Both the position numbers and the translations under genes were made by a program. From Octopus sinensis (taxonomy: Eukaryota), in assembly GCF_006345805.1 (NCBI RefSeq), contig NC_042998.1, positions 190,402,001-190,466,000 of the forward strand: 64,000 bases of DNA. The letters are read 5' to 3'. Positions 38,262-50,861 of the stretch are shown here, piece by piece (positions within the stretch are counted from its first letter, which is position 1; each line of letters starts with the position of its first letter). Under the pieces are notes generated by a model. The model was given only the letters and a program-made list of their open reading frames with translations, was not told where the DNA came from and did not search any database.

Positions 38262-38437
38262 TTTATTTCTTTATTGCCCACAAGGGGCTTAACATAGAGG
38301 GGACAAATAAAGACGGACAAAGGGATTAAAGTTGATTACATCGACCCCAGTGCATAACTGGTACTTAATTTATTTACCTCAAAAGGATGAAAGGCAAAGT
38401 CAACCTCGGCGGAATTTGAACTCAGAACGTAACAGCA
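38262..38437 (-). mobile_element. SINE family B, 5'-truncated
   Basis: Reverse complement of the family B 3' two-thirds. Confidence 0.85.
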
Positions 38438-38669
38438 AGGCGGCCAACCATATTGACATGTAGTTGACTGGCTGGACAACAAGGCCTGACCCACAAATCC
38501 TTCTTTCTAGTTATTCCATGTTTCCATCTGTCTGGGGATTACACTGAACACTTTGAGCTGTATCCCTTAATTGTCTGGGGTTCAGTGTCATAGTCTGCAC
38601 ACATTGCTCTCTTCCCACTCCTCAACCCATTCCTGTATATCTGCAAATGCTGTCGGTAGCTGTAGCAGG

Positions 38670-38901
38670 AAAGGCGGCGAGCTGGCAGAACGGCTAGTAC
38701 GCCGGGCGACATTTCGTGGTATTTCGTCCACCGCTGCGTTCTGAGTTCAAATTCCGCCAAGGTCGACTTTACCTTTCATCCTTTTGGGGTTGATTAAATA
38801 AGTACCAGTTACGCACTGGGGTCGATATAATCGACTCAATCCATTTGTCTGTCCTTGTTCGTCCCCTCTGTGTTTAGCCCCTTGTGGGTAGTAAAGAAAT
38901 A
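38670..38901 (+). mobile_element. SINE family B
   Basis: Full length; 15-bp TSD GGTAGCT(G/A)TAGCAGG (38655-38669, 38902-38916). Confidence 0.9.
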
Positions 38902-39796
38902 GGTAGCTATAGCAGGTGGCAAGTGGGTAAGGTGGACAGTCAGAGTAGGACAGTTGCTACTCCTCTGCATCTATTAGGGGACTGGTATGTGACTCAGAAA
39001 TAATTTAGAACAATTGATATTCTAGCTGAGTGAGGGTGTTGATGTTGCTGCTATTTCTGTGTATATACCCTTTATGTGTATGAATCCTTAAGGAGAGGGA
39101 CAGTGACTTGGGACGTTGTTATAGTCATGTTTGAAGGTTCTGATAGATGTCCGGGTGTTTGGAAGTGATTTTCATGTAGTGTCAGTGACTGAAGTGAGAA
39201 GTTTTCTCCAAAGAAAAACTCAAGCAGGTCGTTATTGATATTTTATTCTGTTGGCAAAAAGTTGTGTCTCTGGTTGCTCTGAGTATGGTGAAAGCGATGT
39301 GGTGGACAACGAAAAACCTGGCTGATGACAGTCAAGGCTGATCTGGAACCCAACCTAGGCCCCTGTATCTATGGTGTGTGCTGCTAGAATAAGGAGTGGT
39401 TGGAGCTCACGCGGTCGTTAGCCTCAAATTGCCAGGTCTGGTTGGCGTTTGTGAGAGATGCAGCATTGAGAATGAATGAAGCCAGCTCAACCCACCCTGG
39501 GTGAATGCTGTCTCAAGACAAAAGTTGGGAATGTTGTGGAGGAGATATATGTAACTCACAATATTTTTGTCTCTTGTGTGTATTGTATGTTTATGTTGTT
39601 GAGTTCAGTGTAATGGTTGGTTGTATTTGATGTTCTCTGTTGTGTTGCTGGCAAGAAGCCTGACTGGATTTGATAGATGCTACTTTAAGTCTTATAAAGT
39701 CAAGGTTCTAAATGACTGAAATAGAGTTAGAGTTCTGCATTAGTGTTTGTAGATTGGTGGGAGGGTATAATGTTATCTGCCTAAGAGGCTGGTATT

Positions 39797-40465
39797 CATC
39801 ATCATCATCATCATTTAACGTCCGTTTTCCATGCTAGCATGGGTTGGACGGTTTAACGGGGGTCTGGTAAGCCATGTAGGCTGCACCAGGCTCTAGTCTG
39901 ATTTGGCAGTGTTTCTAACGCCAACCACGATCGGTTGGTGCTTTTACGTGTCACCGACACGGACGCCAGTCAGGCAGCACTGGCATCTGCCACGTTCAGA
40001 TGGTGCTTTTTACATGTCACCGGCATGGGTGTCTTAACTACAATTTCCATTTGAATTTTTATTTTGATGTTGATGTACTTGACTCAATAGGTCTCCTGAA
40101 GAACAACGGGTCACTCTATGATCCAAGGTTAGCACAGCGGGCCATCCTGCAAGGAAAAATAACAGATTCTGGAAGAAGACTACACAGCAGAAGTGTTAGG
40201 ACTGCATCCTGTGGTGAAGAGGATTTGGCCTGCAAGAGTCCTGTGCCAGTGCCACGTAAAAGCGCTCATGCTGGAGGAATGTTAAAAGCACCCAGCGCAT
40301 TCTGTAAAGTGTTTGGCATTAGGAAGGGCATCCAGCCATAGAAATCATGCCAAATCAGACTGGAGCTTGGGGCAGCTCTCTGACTTGTCAGCTCCAGCTA
40401 AACCATCCAACCCATGCAAACATGAAAAATTGATATTAAAGGATGAAGATGATGATGATGATGAT
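39797..40465. mobile_element. Two oppositely oriented degenerate RTE 3' ends
   Basis: Minus copy from (CAT)n at 39797 to about 40130; plus copy from about 40240 to (GAT)n at 40465. Confidence 0.7.
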
Positions 40466-41061
40466 TGATCTTGTACACTATTTAGGCTTAATGACTTGGC
40501 ACATAGTTTGCTAGCAGTGTTTTGTGTTTTTCCTTATGGCCAGAAATTTTTGTGTATGTAAGTAGCAGAGAATAGATTCATGTTAATGTTGATGGCATTT
40601 ACAGTGGTATTTGTTGAGGCTTTTGTTGTTGAAGTCATCAGATATTCTTTTTTGGTTTGTGATTAGTGTGATGGTTTGAATCTATGTTTTGAGAGAGGGT
40701 GGTGTATGGGTTTTTGAGGTCAAAGATTAGCCTTTCTAGAACTTTTGAGGGTGTCAAAGGAGTGTGAAGGGTCTGTATGGATATTGCTTCATTGGGGTTT
40801 TTGACAAGATTTAGAATTATAATTTTCCCAGGTTCTAGGAATTTAGCAGTATTTATAAGAGTATTTGCAGATGTCAGTAAGTGCTGCGATTCCTTCAGGC
40901 CTTGGTATTTTTGGTGTATATTTGTGATTTTGCCTGGCCCTGAGGCTTCTGAGTTTTTAAATTTCTTTATTGCTATTTGGGCGCCTGTTAGAAAGAGGCT
41001 TGGGGTTACAAGCATGGTGTAGGTGGAAGGTACATAATTTCTTTATTGTTATGTTCTTTAT

Positions 41062-41365
41062 ACAATTGCAGCGTGGAAGGTGTTTATAAGCCATTTAAGA
41101 AACACAAAAACCCTTTAGATTCACTTCAACATTTAAATTTAATTTATGCTGCATCTGTGCAGCACAAAGTTTTGTCAGTGAACAGGTCGTGGTCTCAAAG
41201 CGATGAAAATATTTTAACAAATTAAATTTAAATGTTGAAGTGAATCTAATGGCTTTTGTGTGTTTCTTAAATGGCTTGTAAACACCTTCCACGCCGCAAT
41301 TGTTTTCGTTCCAGCACACGATCTTAGATCAAGTCACTTGCTATGCAAGTACATCTCCGTAATAT
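41062..41365. mobile_element. Palindromic insertion (Penelope pseudo-LTR-like) with a 24-bp flanking duplication
   Basis: Inverted arms 41063-41145 / 41219-41302; direct repeat TTTCTTTATTGTTATGTTCTTTAT at 41038-41061 and 41366-41389. Confidence 0.7.
41171..41221 (+). ncRNA. Minimal type-I hammerhead-like motif with G3/C8 core
   Basis: Stem I TTTGTCA/TAACAAA, core GTGAACA plus an extra G, stem II GTCGT/GCGAT, GAAA, palindromic stem III AATATT, triplet TTT. Confidence 0.5.
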
Positions 41366-42360
41366 TTTCTTTATTGTTATGTTCTTTATGTGGTTTGCAA
41401 GGGCCATGTTTTGAGAAATGTCCAATTATCTTTGTATTGCAGTGAGGATATTTTATTTGAGGGTGTTAACCTTGATATTGTGTAATATGATCAATGTTGT
41501 TTTACTGTTAGTTTTATGTGTGATTTATATTGGATACAAATACTTGCTACTTTTTTTCCTGTGGTTTATTATTTCCTAATTTAATTGTCTGATGCAGGGT
41601 TTTGGTTGTATGTGGTTTTAGCATATTTTGTTTTGAAGTTGTCTTTAGTTTTTATGAGCTTATCAATTTCTGATGCATAAATGCGGTTGTATTCTTTTTC
41701 ATTGATTGTGGGATTTATTTTTTTAAATGTGTCTATAATTATTTTGTTGAATGTATGTCTTCCAGTGTTTATGTGGGAATATGCTATTGAATTTTGATAA
41801 AAATTGATCCTGTTTTTTTTTTTTTTGGAAGAATTCATCCCATTTAAAAAAAAATTTATGAAAGTGTTATTGATGTGTAAGTGTATCATGGTGATAATAG
41901 GCATATTGTCTTTGGAAAGTTGGAGAGTCCTTGCCTAGTGGTTATGGTAACTAGGAGCTTGTGTGTGGAACAGAAAGTGATCTGGGAAAGAGTTGGTGTA
42001 GTTGACTTTGTGCAGTATGTGTATATGGGTCATTTAGAATATAAGGGCTGTTCAGATACCGTCTTATTTTCTGTGCCATTTGAAAACTAGGAGGTACTGA
42101 GGGTATTGCAATCTCCCTCAATGATGATGTTTAATACTGAGGTCTGTGTGTTGTTGGTTTTTATTTCAGGCCAGCATTTCTAGTTCATTCTAGTTCGCAG
42201 GTGTCTTTGTGATATCTGTTTATTAAATACAAAATCTTATGTAGGTTACATCACAATCAACTCTGTCAGAAGAGGTTCTCTCTAGTTTAATCTGCATACA
42301 GTTTGTAATGGAAGGTGTTTTACTATTAGTTTCGGGAATGTTTTTGGAATTATTGCTATC

Positions 42361-42893
42361 TATGTGGTCTGATCAATAAGTATCCAGACTGTTGCCATAG
42401 TAACGAAGCTAAAGCACACAGAGTGAAGCCGCTTGGCACAGATTGATCTTGAACTCTGCTGTGCATGTATACTAAGTTTTACCATTCTAGCTCACTCCTG
42501 CTGTTTACAGCAGTGCTTGGAAGGAAGGTGTGTAGCATGCCATCATCGCATTAACCATAACAGAGAAACTGCATCAAATTTCGCCAAAAGTTTGGTGATA
42601 CCTGTTCAGAGGCCTACGCAAAGTTTTCAAAAAGTTTTCATCGTTCTTGACACAATCAAGGAGATCTTGTGCAACTGAAACCTGAGTGTCTTTTTGGTCA
42701 ACTGAAAGCAATTTTGGCACAAACTTGGCAGACATATGTCTCATACCCAAATCTTCAGTGATAATGGACTGAACTGAACTGTAACTAATCTGCACACCCC
42801 CTGATAACTCATGGATGGTGATCCAACAATTTCCCCTCACAGCTGCACACACATCTATCCCATCTTTTCCTAATGTGCTGAGAATCAAGATTC
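42361..42893 (-). mobile_element. Mariner transposon relic
   Basis: Minus ORF ...SIITEDLGMRHMSAKFVPKLLSVDQK... (WVPHEL-equivalent region); TIR-like TATGTGGTCTGATCAATAAGTATCC at 42361. Confidence 0.8.
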
Positions 42894-43188
42894 ACATTAT
42901 CTAATGCATCTCTTTATAAGATGGAAGGTGTGATTTAATGGAAGGGAGTTGGCTGTTATTTCTAGCAGGTTGAGGGATCATGTAGAGGTTTCTTGTTGGC
43001 TTGTTTACACAGTATGTGGCAGTAGTGGAGAAAAGGACTGGCTAAAATATTTATGAAATGTGTGGTAGAGGTATATATTTATATATAGTAATGGTAAGAC
43101 AACAAAAGAATGAAAGAGACCTCGATATTATGTAAATAGAAGAATATATATATTACAGATATATATATATATGTGTATGTACACGCAT

Positions 43189-43226
<38 letters not shown>

Positions 43227-44148
43227 TCACACAAGACAAACATTTTTCCACGTGAATGCTTTTGTATAAATTACTACATCACAAAGTAAGAATGACATTT
43301 AAGTTTCAATGTAGATAGACTAACATAATTGGAATGTCTAAAAACACAATATAATGCATGCAATAGAGTTTAAATATGTTATCCATGGACTAGGTCTCCA
43401 GCACGTTGACTAGTCAACCATGGTTTCCTTCTTTTATTTACTAAGCTCACAAAACTTACTTTCAAACCACTGGAAATACAAGGTTAATCAGATTTGAATT
43501 TGATGTGTTACAATAACACAAAAAGGCATAAAGAAATTTTGTTTATCACAACATGAATATTTGAAACTAGAGTTTATTTTTGGATGCTCTGCATAGTGGA
43601 ATGGAATTAATGACCTGCATATGAATAATACACGACATATTCCCACATCCAATATATGATTAAGATTTAATTGCAATATGTTGTAGAAAATCAGTATGTT
43701 CTAGAAAGAAAGCTATAGTAATGCAGATCAAAAATTGAATATAAAAAATAACAATAATAAAGATATTGAAATGTTACCTCAGAAATATTAAATTAGTTCT
43801 GATATTTTGGGCAAAATACCTCTTTCGGAAGGTGCTAAAAGAAATAAAGAAAGATAGGAAAATAGACAGTTAGATGTAGAGGGAGAGAGATTATGTGTCT
43901 GTTGAGTTGGTATACTGTCTTTTGTGTGATTTATTGAAGGACTACTTGTATGGTGGTGCGGATTGTGTTCCATAGACTATCAGTAATGTGACGCATGGTG
44001 ACCATGAGTGACTATTTATATCACTTGACATTATTTTATTCTCACTGCTTGTTTATGATAAGCTTTTTCTTTTTTCAGAAGAGCTCCTATTATCTGTACA
44101 TTATGATATTGTAATCAGTGGCTTTTATGCTGACTGTAATGTCCTTGT

Positions 44149-44539
44149 GTGGAGGCGCAATGGCCCAGTGGTTAGGGCAGCAGACTCGCGGTCATAGGAT
44201 CGTGGTTTCGATTCCCAGACCGGGCGTTGTGAGTGTTTATTGAGCGAAAACACCTAAAAGCTCCACGAGGCTCTGGCAGGGGATGGTGGTGATCCCTGCT
44301 GTACTCTTTCACCACAACTTTCTCTCACTCTTACTTCCTGTTTCTGTTGTACCTGTATTTCAAGGGGCCGGCTTTGTCACTCTCTGTGTCACGCTGATTA
44401 TCCCCGAGAACTACGTTAAGGGTGCACGTGTCTGTGGAGTGCTCAGCCACTTACACGTTAATTTCACGAGCAGGCTGTTCCATTGATTTGGATCAACCGG
44501 AACCCTCATCGTCGTAACCGATGGAGTGCTTCCATCCAG
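44149..44539 (+). mobile_element. SINE family C
   Basis: A-box TGGCCCAGTGG, B-box GGTTTCGATTCCC; 9-bp TSD TGTCCTTGT (44140-44148, 44540-44548). Confidence 0.9.
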
Positions 44540-44954
44540 TGTCCTTGTTCTTGTTTGTGCATTTTCCAAGATGTTTTGCAAGATGATGCACGTGCGTGGA
44601 GGTGTTCTTTGTTTTGGTTGTGTAATGTCTGAATCATGATGCCAGATATATACTTGCACTGAAGAAACATTGAATTTTGTCTTAAAACTCCTTAACAAAA
44701 ATATGACTTTTATATTATCAATGCATAGTTGAAATACCTGCAAACATTTTTAACACTTCGAAACAAAAACTATATGCATGTAGTAATATTGATTTCACTG
44801 TGAAAAACAACTTCAAATATCTACCTGCAAAAACAAAGAACAAAAACAAGATAAAACAAAACAAAAATACAAACTTTCTTTTGAATTGAATTGCTTTACA
44901 TGGAAATAGTTCATTAAATTAATACAGATTTCTACTGATTTTGACCTTTTCCAG

Positions 44955-45024
44955 ATCTGATAAAGAACCAGTGTTTGAAAATACTTTGAACAATAACGAC
45001 TCTGGAACTGGATTTAACAAAGAA
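44955..45024 (+). CDS. HSF5: HSF5-like gene, putative 70-nt coding exon 4
   Basis: Acceptor TTGACCTTTTCCAG, frame (R)SDKEPVFENTLNNNDSGTGFNKE, donor GAA|GTAAGA; phase 2 to 0, which exactly bridges exons 3 and 5. Confidence 0.6.
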
Positions 45025-45066
45025 GTAAGATTCTATCTACTGAGAATCCTTTAAGAATAGCTGATA

Positions 45067-45660
45067 TCTTTTCTTTTTTATCTTTTATCTTTTACTTGTT
45101 TCAGTCATTTCACTGTGGCCATGCTGGAGCACTGCCTTTAGTCGAGCAAATCGACCCCAGGACTTATTCTTTGTAAGCCTAGTACTTATTCTCTCGGTTT
45201 CTTTTTGCCGAACCGCTAAGTTACAGGGACGTAAACACACCAGCATCGGTTATCAAGCGATGTTGGTGGGGACAAACATATACACATACATATATATATA
45301 TATCATCATCATCATCATCATCGTTTAACGTCCGTTCTCCATGCTAGCATGGGTTGGACGGTTCGACCGGGGATCTGGGAAGCCAGAAGGCTGCACCAGG
45401 CTCCAGTCTTATCTGGCAATGTTTCTACAGCTGGATGCCCTTCCTAACGCCAACCACTCCGTGAGTGTAGTGGGTGCTTTTTACATGTACATATATACGA
45501 TGGGCTTCTTTCAGTTTCCGTTTACCAAATCCACTCACAAGGCTTTGGTCGGCCCGAGGCTATAGTAGAAGACACTTGCCCAAGGTGCCACTCAGTGGGA
45601 ATGAACCCGGAATCATGTAGTTGGTAAGCAAGCTACTTACCACACAGCCACTCCTGCACC
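45067..45660 (-). mobile_element. SINE family A with an RTE 3' end nested in its central microsatellite
   Basis: SINE 3' half 45067-45290, RTE tail 45303-45487, SINE 5' half 45495-45660. Confidence 0.85.
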
Positions 45661-47303
45661 TAGTAGTATTTTCTCTGAAAGTATTTGAATGTTAAATGAT
45701 GTTGGAAAGTATTAGAGTAGACATTGTCGGTGCTGATGCCACCATTCCCACCACCAATTTTTTGTGTTTGTTTTTCCAGGTTAACATGGGTTGGGTGGGA
45801 TTTTCGGTGCTGTGTTTTATGGCAGGATACTCTTCTTGATGCCAGTCTTTTAGTTGCCTCTTATGACATGTGAGAATACTGTATGCCTAGTCTAAAAACC
45901 AAGGTTTTCACATTAAAATGACTATTTCAGAATGGCCGTTTTAAAGAATAATATAAGGTGACGTTGAGTAGAAAAATGGCACCATTTTAATAGAGTTGGT
46001 TTCAGGTACTTATTTTGGGACATTAGGAAATAAAAGTCAAAATTACCTAGGTTGAATTTAATGTAATAAATGTGAGTACCAATTAGTTTGAGATGTCTTG
46101 GAGGAATGAACGCAGTGGTTGAGGTATTTCAGGAGGAAGAGAATGATGCTTAATGTTGATAGTGAACAATATCTTTTGGTATAGCTTCAAGGCAGCCTCT
46201 CATGTGGTGATGCTATGATAAAATGTACCTAAGATCCTCATTAAAGTGGTTGGCAATAGGAAAGTCATCCAGCTGTAGAAACCATGCCAAACAAATAGCA
46301 CACTAGGGAAATGTGATCCCCAACTAGCCTAGTGGGGCAGTAATTTCTAATATCTGACTTAGACTGTAATGGAAAGACTACACCAAATGATAGAGATGAT
46401 GATGATGATGATGATGATATATGCACACACATAGTTTAAGTATATATACATGATAATATGCACCCTGTACATTCACAAAATTGGCTGGCAATGGAAGTGT
46501 ATCTAGCTGTGGAAAACATGGCAAAAGATGAACCATGCAACTGAGATGTGAATTTTACAAATTGCATCATAGGGTATTCATCTAGGAAAGGAGAATTTCT
46601 GAATAAGAACTTATACTAGAAAACTCTTTAGTCCTTTTAAATGACAAAATCGCTTGCTTTTGTGTTATGAACGTCCCTTTAGTATGTGAGTGTGTGTGAT
46701 TACTCTATATGTGTATGTAATCTATATCTACATATATAGTTGTGTATATATATAAGTGGTATCAAAAAGTTCCTGGGCTGGTTCTGTTGCGTGCCAACAG
46801 ATGGCAGCACATGGTTGCATGTGCATTGGGAGCTAGCAGTGACCTTCATTTGGCAGTATCTAAGTGACATTGCAGTGTTTATATTGCAAATTGTGAAATA
46901 TGTGGGGTTTTTTTATCACATGTATGCTGTAGTCTGCAATTTTGTCATGGACAGGAAGTTGAAATAAAGATCCACTGTGAAATTTTGCGTTAAACTTGGT
47001 AAGTCTGTTACAGAGACATTGAGCATGCTTTTGGCAAGCTTATGGCGATGAGGCAACGGGTCACATGCAATGTTTCGAGTGGCACAGGCACTTCAAAAGT
47101 AGAAGAACATCCCTGGAAGATCTGGAAGACCTGCCACGAATGTCGTCCCTGGAAATGGGGTGAAAATTCATCTGCTTGTGCATGAAGATCATCAGAGGAC
47201 AACCAACGACATTGCTGATATTGTTGGTCTGTTGTATGTTTCTGTGCAGGCAATCCTAACACCTGTATTGAACATGCAGCATGTCTTTGCCAAGTTTGTC
47301 CCC

Positions 47304-47531
47304 AAGGTGGCGAGCTGGCAGAATTGTTAGCATGCCGGGCGAAATGCTTAGCAGTATTTCGTTTTCCACTACGTTCTGAGTTCAAATTCCACCAAGGTCA
47401 ACTTTGCCTTTCATCCTTTTGGGGTCAATTAAATAAGTGCCAGTTACTGGGGTTGATATAACCGACTTAATCTGTTTGTCTGTCCTTGTTTGTCCCCTCT
47501 GTGTGTAGCTCCTTGTGGGCAGTAAAGAAAT
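47304..47531 (+). mobile_element. SINE family B inside the mariner transposase
   Basis: 12-bp TSD AAGTTTGTC(C/T)CC (47292-47303, 47532-47543). Confidence 0.9.
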
Positions 47532-48134
47532 AAGTTTGTCTCCTGCCTGCTGACCACTGAGTAGAAAGAATATTGTGCCAAAGTCTGTCAAGATCTCCAT
47601 CAGCATGCTGCTGATGACCCATCCTTCATGTCAAGGATAATCACTGGTGATGAGAGTTGGGTCTATGGGTACAGCCTTGAGACAAAACAGCAGTTGTTGA
47701 AATAGAAGAGGCCTTCATCTCCATGACCAAAGAAGGCATGACAAGAGCTGCAGCTCAATCAAGGGCATGCTTATCGTTTTTTTGATATTGCAGTTTTGTG
47801 CTTCAAGAATTTGTTCCCCTGGGCGAAACTATCAATCAAGAGTTCTACTGTGATGTTTTGAAGCATTTGAGGGAAGACATTTGGTGAAAGTGATTGGATC
47901 TGTGGAGTGTGAAGAATTGGATACTTCATGACAACAACGCACCCTGTTACCAAGCTTTTCTCACTCATGAGTTACTTACCAAAAACCACATGGTATCGAT
48001 TCCACATCCATCCTGTTCACTAGATTTAGTACCTGTGGACTTCTATCTCTTCCCCAAGATGAAAATACAGCTCAAAGGTCACTGCTTTAACACTGTTGAT
48101 GAGATCCGGAGTGAATCGCATAAGGTCCTCAATT

Positions 48135-48350
48135 TCATCATCATGATCATCATCGTTGAACGTCCGTTTTCTGTGCTAGCACGGGTTGGACGGTTCGACC
48201 GGGGTCTGGGAAGCCAGGAGGCTGCATCAGGCTCCAGTCTGATCTGGCAGCGTTTCTACAGCTGGATGCTCTTCCAAACGCCAACCACTCCATGAGTGTA
48301 GTGGGTACTTTTTACATGCCACCGGCACAGGTGCCAGGGAATGCTGGCAG
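48135..48350 (-). mobile_element. RTE 3' end inside the mariner
   Basis: (CAT)n plus the reverse-complement RTE tail. Confidence 0.85.
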
Positions 48351-48849
48351 CAGAAAGTGACTTCAAGCTTGGATTCTAAAAGTAGAAGGAATGCTGGGAT
48401 TGGTGTATTGCTGCATAAGGTGACTATTTTGAAGATGATGTTAAAACTTAGGTAAATAAGTTATTTTCCATTAAGCATAGCTTGTCCGGGAGCTTTTTGA
48501 TACCACCTCATATGCCCAGACAGACTGACACACACACACAAACACACACCTGCCAAAGGAAGTACTAAGTGCTTAAAGGGAATGGAACCTGTGGAAGTGG
48601 GTGTCCTAGAAAGCCATGGGATGCAATGGTGAAGGAAGTGACAAAGGACTGTGATGATTGGCAAAACATAGTGCTGGAGGTGATCCAGTCATTCATGCAA
48701 GTGAAGTGAATACTGAAATTTTGGTAGTGATGGAGGCTGGGAGATACATACATTTACATTTGGGTCTCACATCTAACTGGTATTTGCTGAACTAGAGAGA
48801 GCTTTGATAGCCTACCCATCTCTGTGGTCACTGATGAGGGATTGGAATA

Positions 48850-49450
48850 GATGAATAGCTTGTGAGAGCTGTACAAGTCATATAGAACCATATAGAGAGG
48901 TGCTGTTAGCAAGGTGAAAGTTAGTAATAAGTATAGTGATGAGTTCAGTATGAAGGTGGGAGTTCACCAGGGTTCAGTTCTTAGTTGTTATTTTTTTAGA
49001 AGATTATAATGAACAGAAGAGGACTATAACAGAGGAGTTTAAAACCAGCTGGCCATGTGTACTCTTTTTTGCTGAGAGCCTATTTTTTATAGCTGAATCT
49101 AATAAAATTAGAAAAGAAATTCCATCCATGGAAGCAAAACATAGAATCAAGAGGCCTTAAAGTGAATTTAGCAAAGACTAAGGTATGAGCAAATAATAAA
49201 GACAGGACCCTGCCACTATCAGGGAAATAGCCTTCCTTGATATGTAGAAGATTGATATGTGGGAGTATGTAGGATTTTATATGGCAACTCCAAAGTAAAC
49301 TGTAGATGTGCAAGAGATGAATGTTACATGTGGCAGATGCACAGGGACAGTAAGTACTACAAACACTTGCAAAATTGGCTCCTAATTCCCAGATGGTTCT
49401 CTAGAAGTAGTTGATAGCTTCTGTTCCCTAGTTAACCTAATTAGCAGTCA
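48850..49450 (+). pseudogene. Degenerate RTE reverse-transcriptase fragment
   Basis: SKVKVSNKYSDEFSMKVGVHQGSVLS...RGLKVNLAKTKV, with stops. Confidence 0.7.
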
Positions 49451-50668
49451 TCGTCATCGTCATTTTAAGGTCCACTTTTCCCTACTTGCATGGGTCAATC
49501 AGAATTTCTTGAGACAGATTTTCCCTGGTCAGATATGTTTTGCATGGAAATGCTTTCACAACCATCACATGATGTCAAAATGAGAGCATACACGCAAATG
49601 TGTGCATGCGTGTGCACAGCCACATCCAACCCCATACACAAGCATACAATGGGCTTCATTCATTTTCTGTCCAATAAATACACTTACTAGACATTGGTCA
49701 GCGTGGGGTTACAAGATAAGACACTGATGTTACAGTGTGGAACTGAACCCAAGACCACATGGTTGGGAAGCAAGCTTCTTAACCAAACACCCATGCCTAA
49801 CTCTGCCAGATCAAGATTGGAGCCTGGTGCAGCCATCTGGTTCGCCAGCCCTCAGTCAAAATCGTCCAACCCATGCTAGCATAGAAAGCGGACGTTAAAC
49901 GACGATGATGATGATGATGATGAGATGTGTGTATATATGTGTATCATGTATACTACCATGTTCTCTTCATTGGCCACTTTGATAGTCTATCATCTTTCTA
50001 ATGCTTCTATCACTCACCTCTCTATATTCACCATCTTACTGCATATCCTTGTTATCATACATCTCTCTTATAAATAATCTGTCTATCAGCCATGCCACTC
50101 TCATCCATATCTGTATTGCCATATCTTTATCATTCATGCATCTAACATTCATGCCTCTATTGCTCATCTCTCAACCTCACTGTGAGACTGAAGATGGCAA
50201 TGGATCTCTGTTAGTCATTGTACATTCCTTCCTCTCAATAACACTCCACCCTAGTATCTCTCATTCCTATCAACACCTTAGCTCAGCTTGCTTACTTATT
50301 TGAGGCATATGCATAAGTAGATCTTCAAAAGTAGATAGTCATGCACATATCTGTACTCATTTCTGAGTGTTTTGCATTGATATCCAACAATCACTCTCAT
50401 CATTCATCATTTATCTACCTTTTGCTGTTCATTTCACTCTCTCTCTTCTCTATCGTCTAATGCTGATGGCATGATAAAATGCAGCTAGTGCATTCTGTTA
50501 AATGTGGGGTTGACGGGAACCTTTGTAGTCGAAGGTTGTCCTGTCAAAGGCATGAAACATTCAAAGAGCTGTGTGTGTGTGATATATGTTCAAAATGTGA
50601 CCTCGTGTGTACCGTTGGCGATCTTTTTTTCCTCTGTCTTCCCTTCTCTGGATCTTTCCTTCTCCTAT

Positions 50669-50703
50669 GTTTCCGACGAAGAGCTCCGCTCAAAACATTA
50701 AAC
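50669..50703 (+). ncRNA. Decayed minimal type-I hammerhead motif (Penelope-type)
   Basis: GTTT-CCGACGA-A-GAGC(TCC)GCTC-AAAAC-AT-T-AAAC; two apparent CpG-type G>A changes, at G12 and in stem III. Confidence 0.55.
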
Positions 50704-50861
50704 CCTCCTTCTTTCTTTCTTTCCTGAGCGTCCAATAATACTATGTTTGTTCCACGTCCTCACGTTGTTGTGTTTTTTTGTGCTTTCTTGTTTGGATTAA
50801 CTCTATATGTATGTATATATATATATATATATATGTATGTATATATATGTATATATGTGTA

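Larger units (their letters stand above)
40600..42350 (-). pseudogene. Degenerate non-LTR retrotransposon (I/Ingi/Jockey-like) endonuclease-to-RT remnant, interrupted at 41062-41365
   Basis: Minus-strand AIKKFKNSEASGPGKITN...KIIILNLVKNP...SKVLERLI resembles the pre-RT/RT N-terminus; an SDHxPI-like motif lies near 41905; many stops. Confidence 0.55.
46751..48512 (+). mobile_element. Near-full-length degenerate mariner (D,D34D-type) with nested SINE and RTE
   Basis: TIRs TATAAGTGGTATCAAAAAGTTCC / GGGAGCTTTTTGATACCACCTCATA; transposase motifs KFVP, ITGDESWVYGY, LHDNNAP and SLDLVPVDFYLF; many stops. Confidence 0.9.

Noticed and set aside
43795-43835. Hammerhead on the minus strand (CCGAAAGA...CAAAATATC)
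   Set aside because: Core spacing is off by one and stems I and II are weak; a consensus would be needed.
44079-44148. Extra HSF exon after the strong pyrimidine tract at 44078
   Set aside because: The frame required by exon 3 hits a stop within nine codons and there is no good donor.
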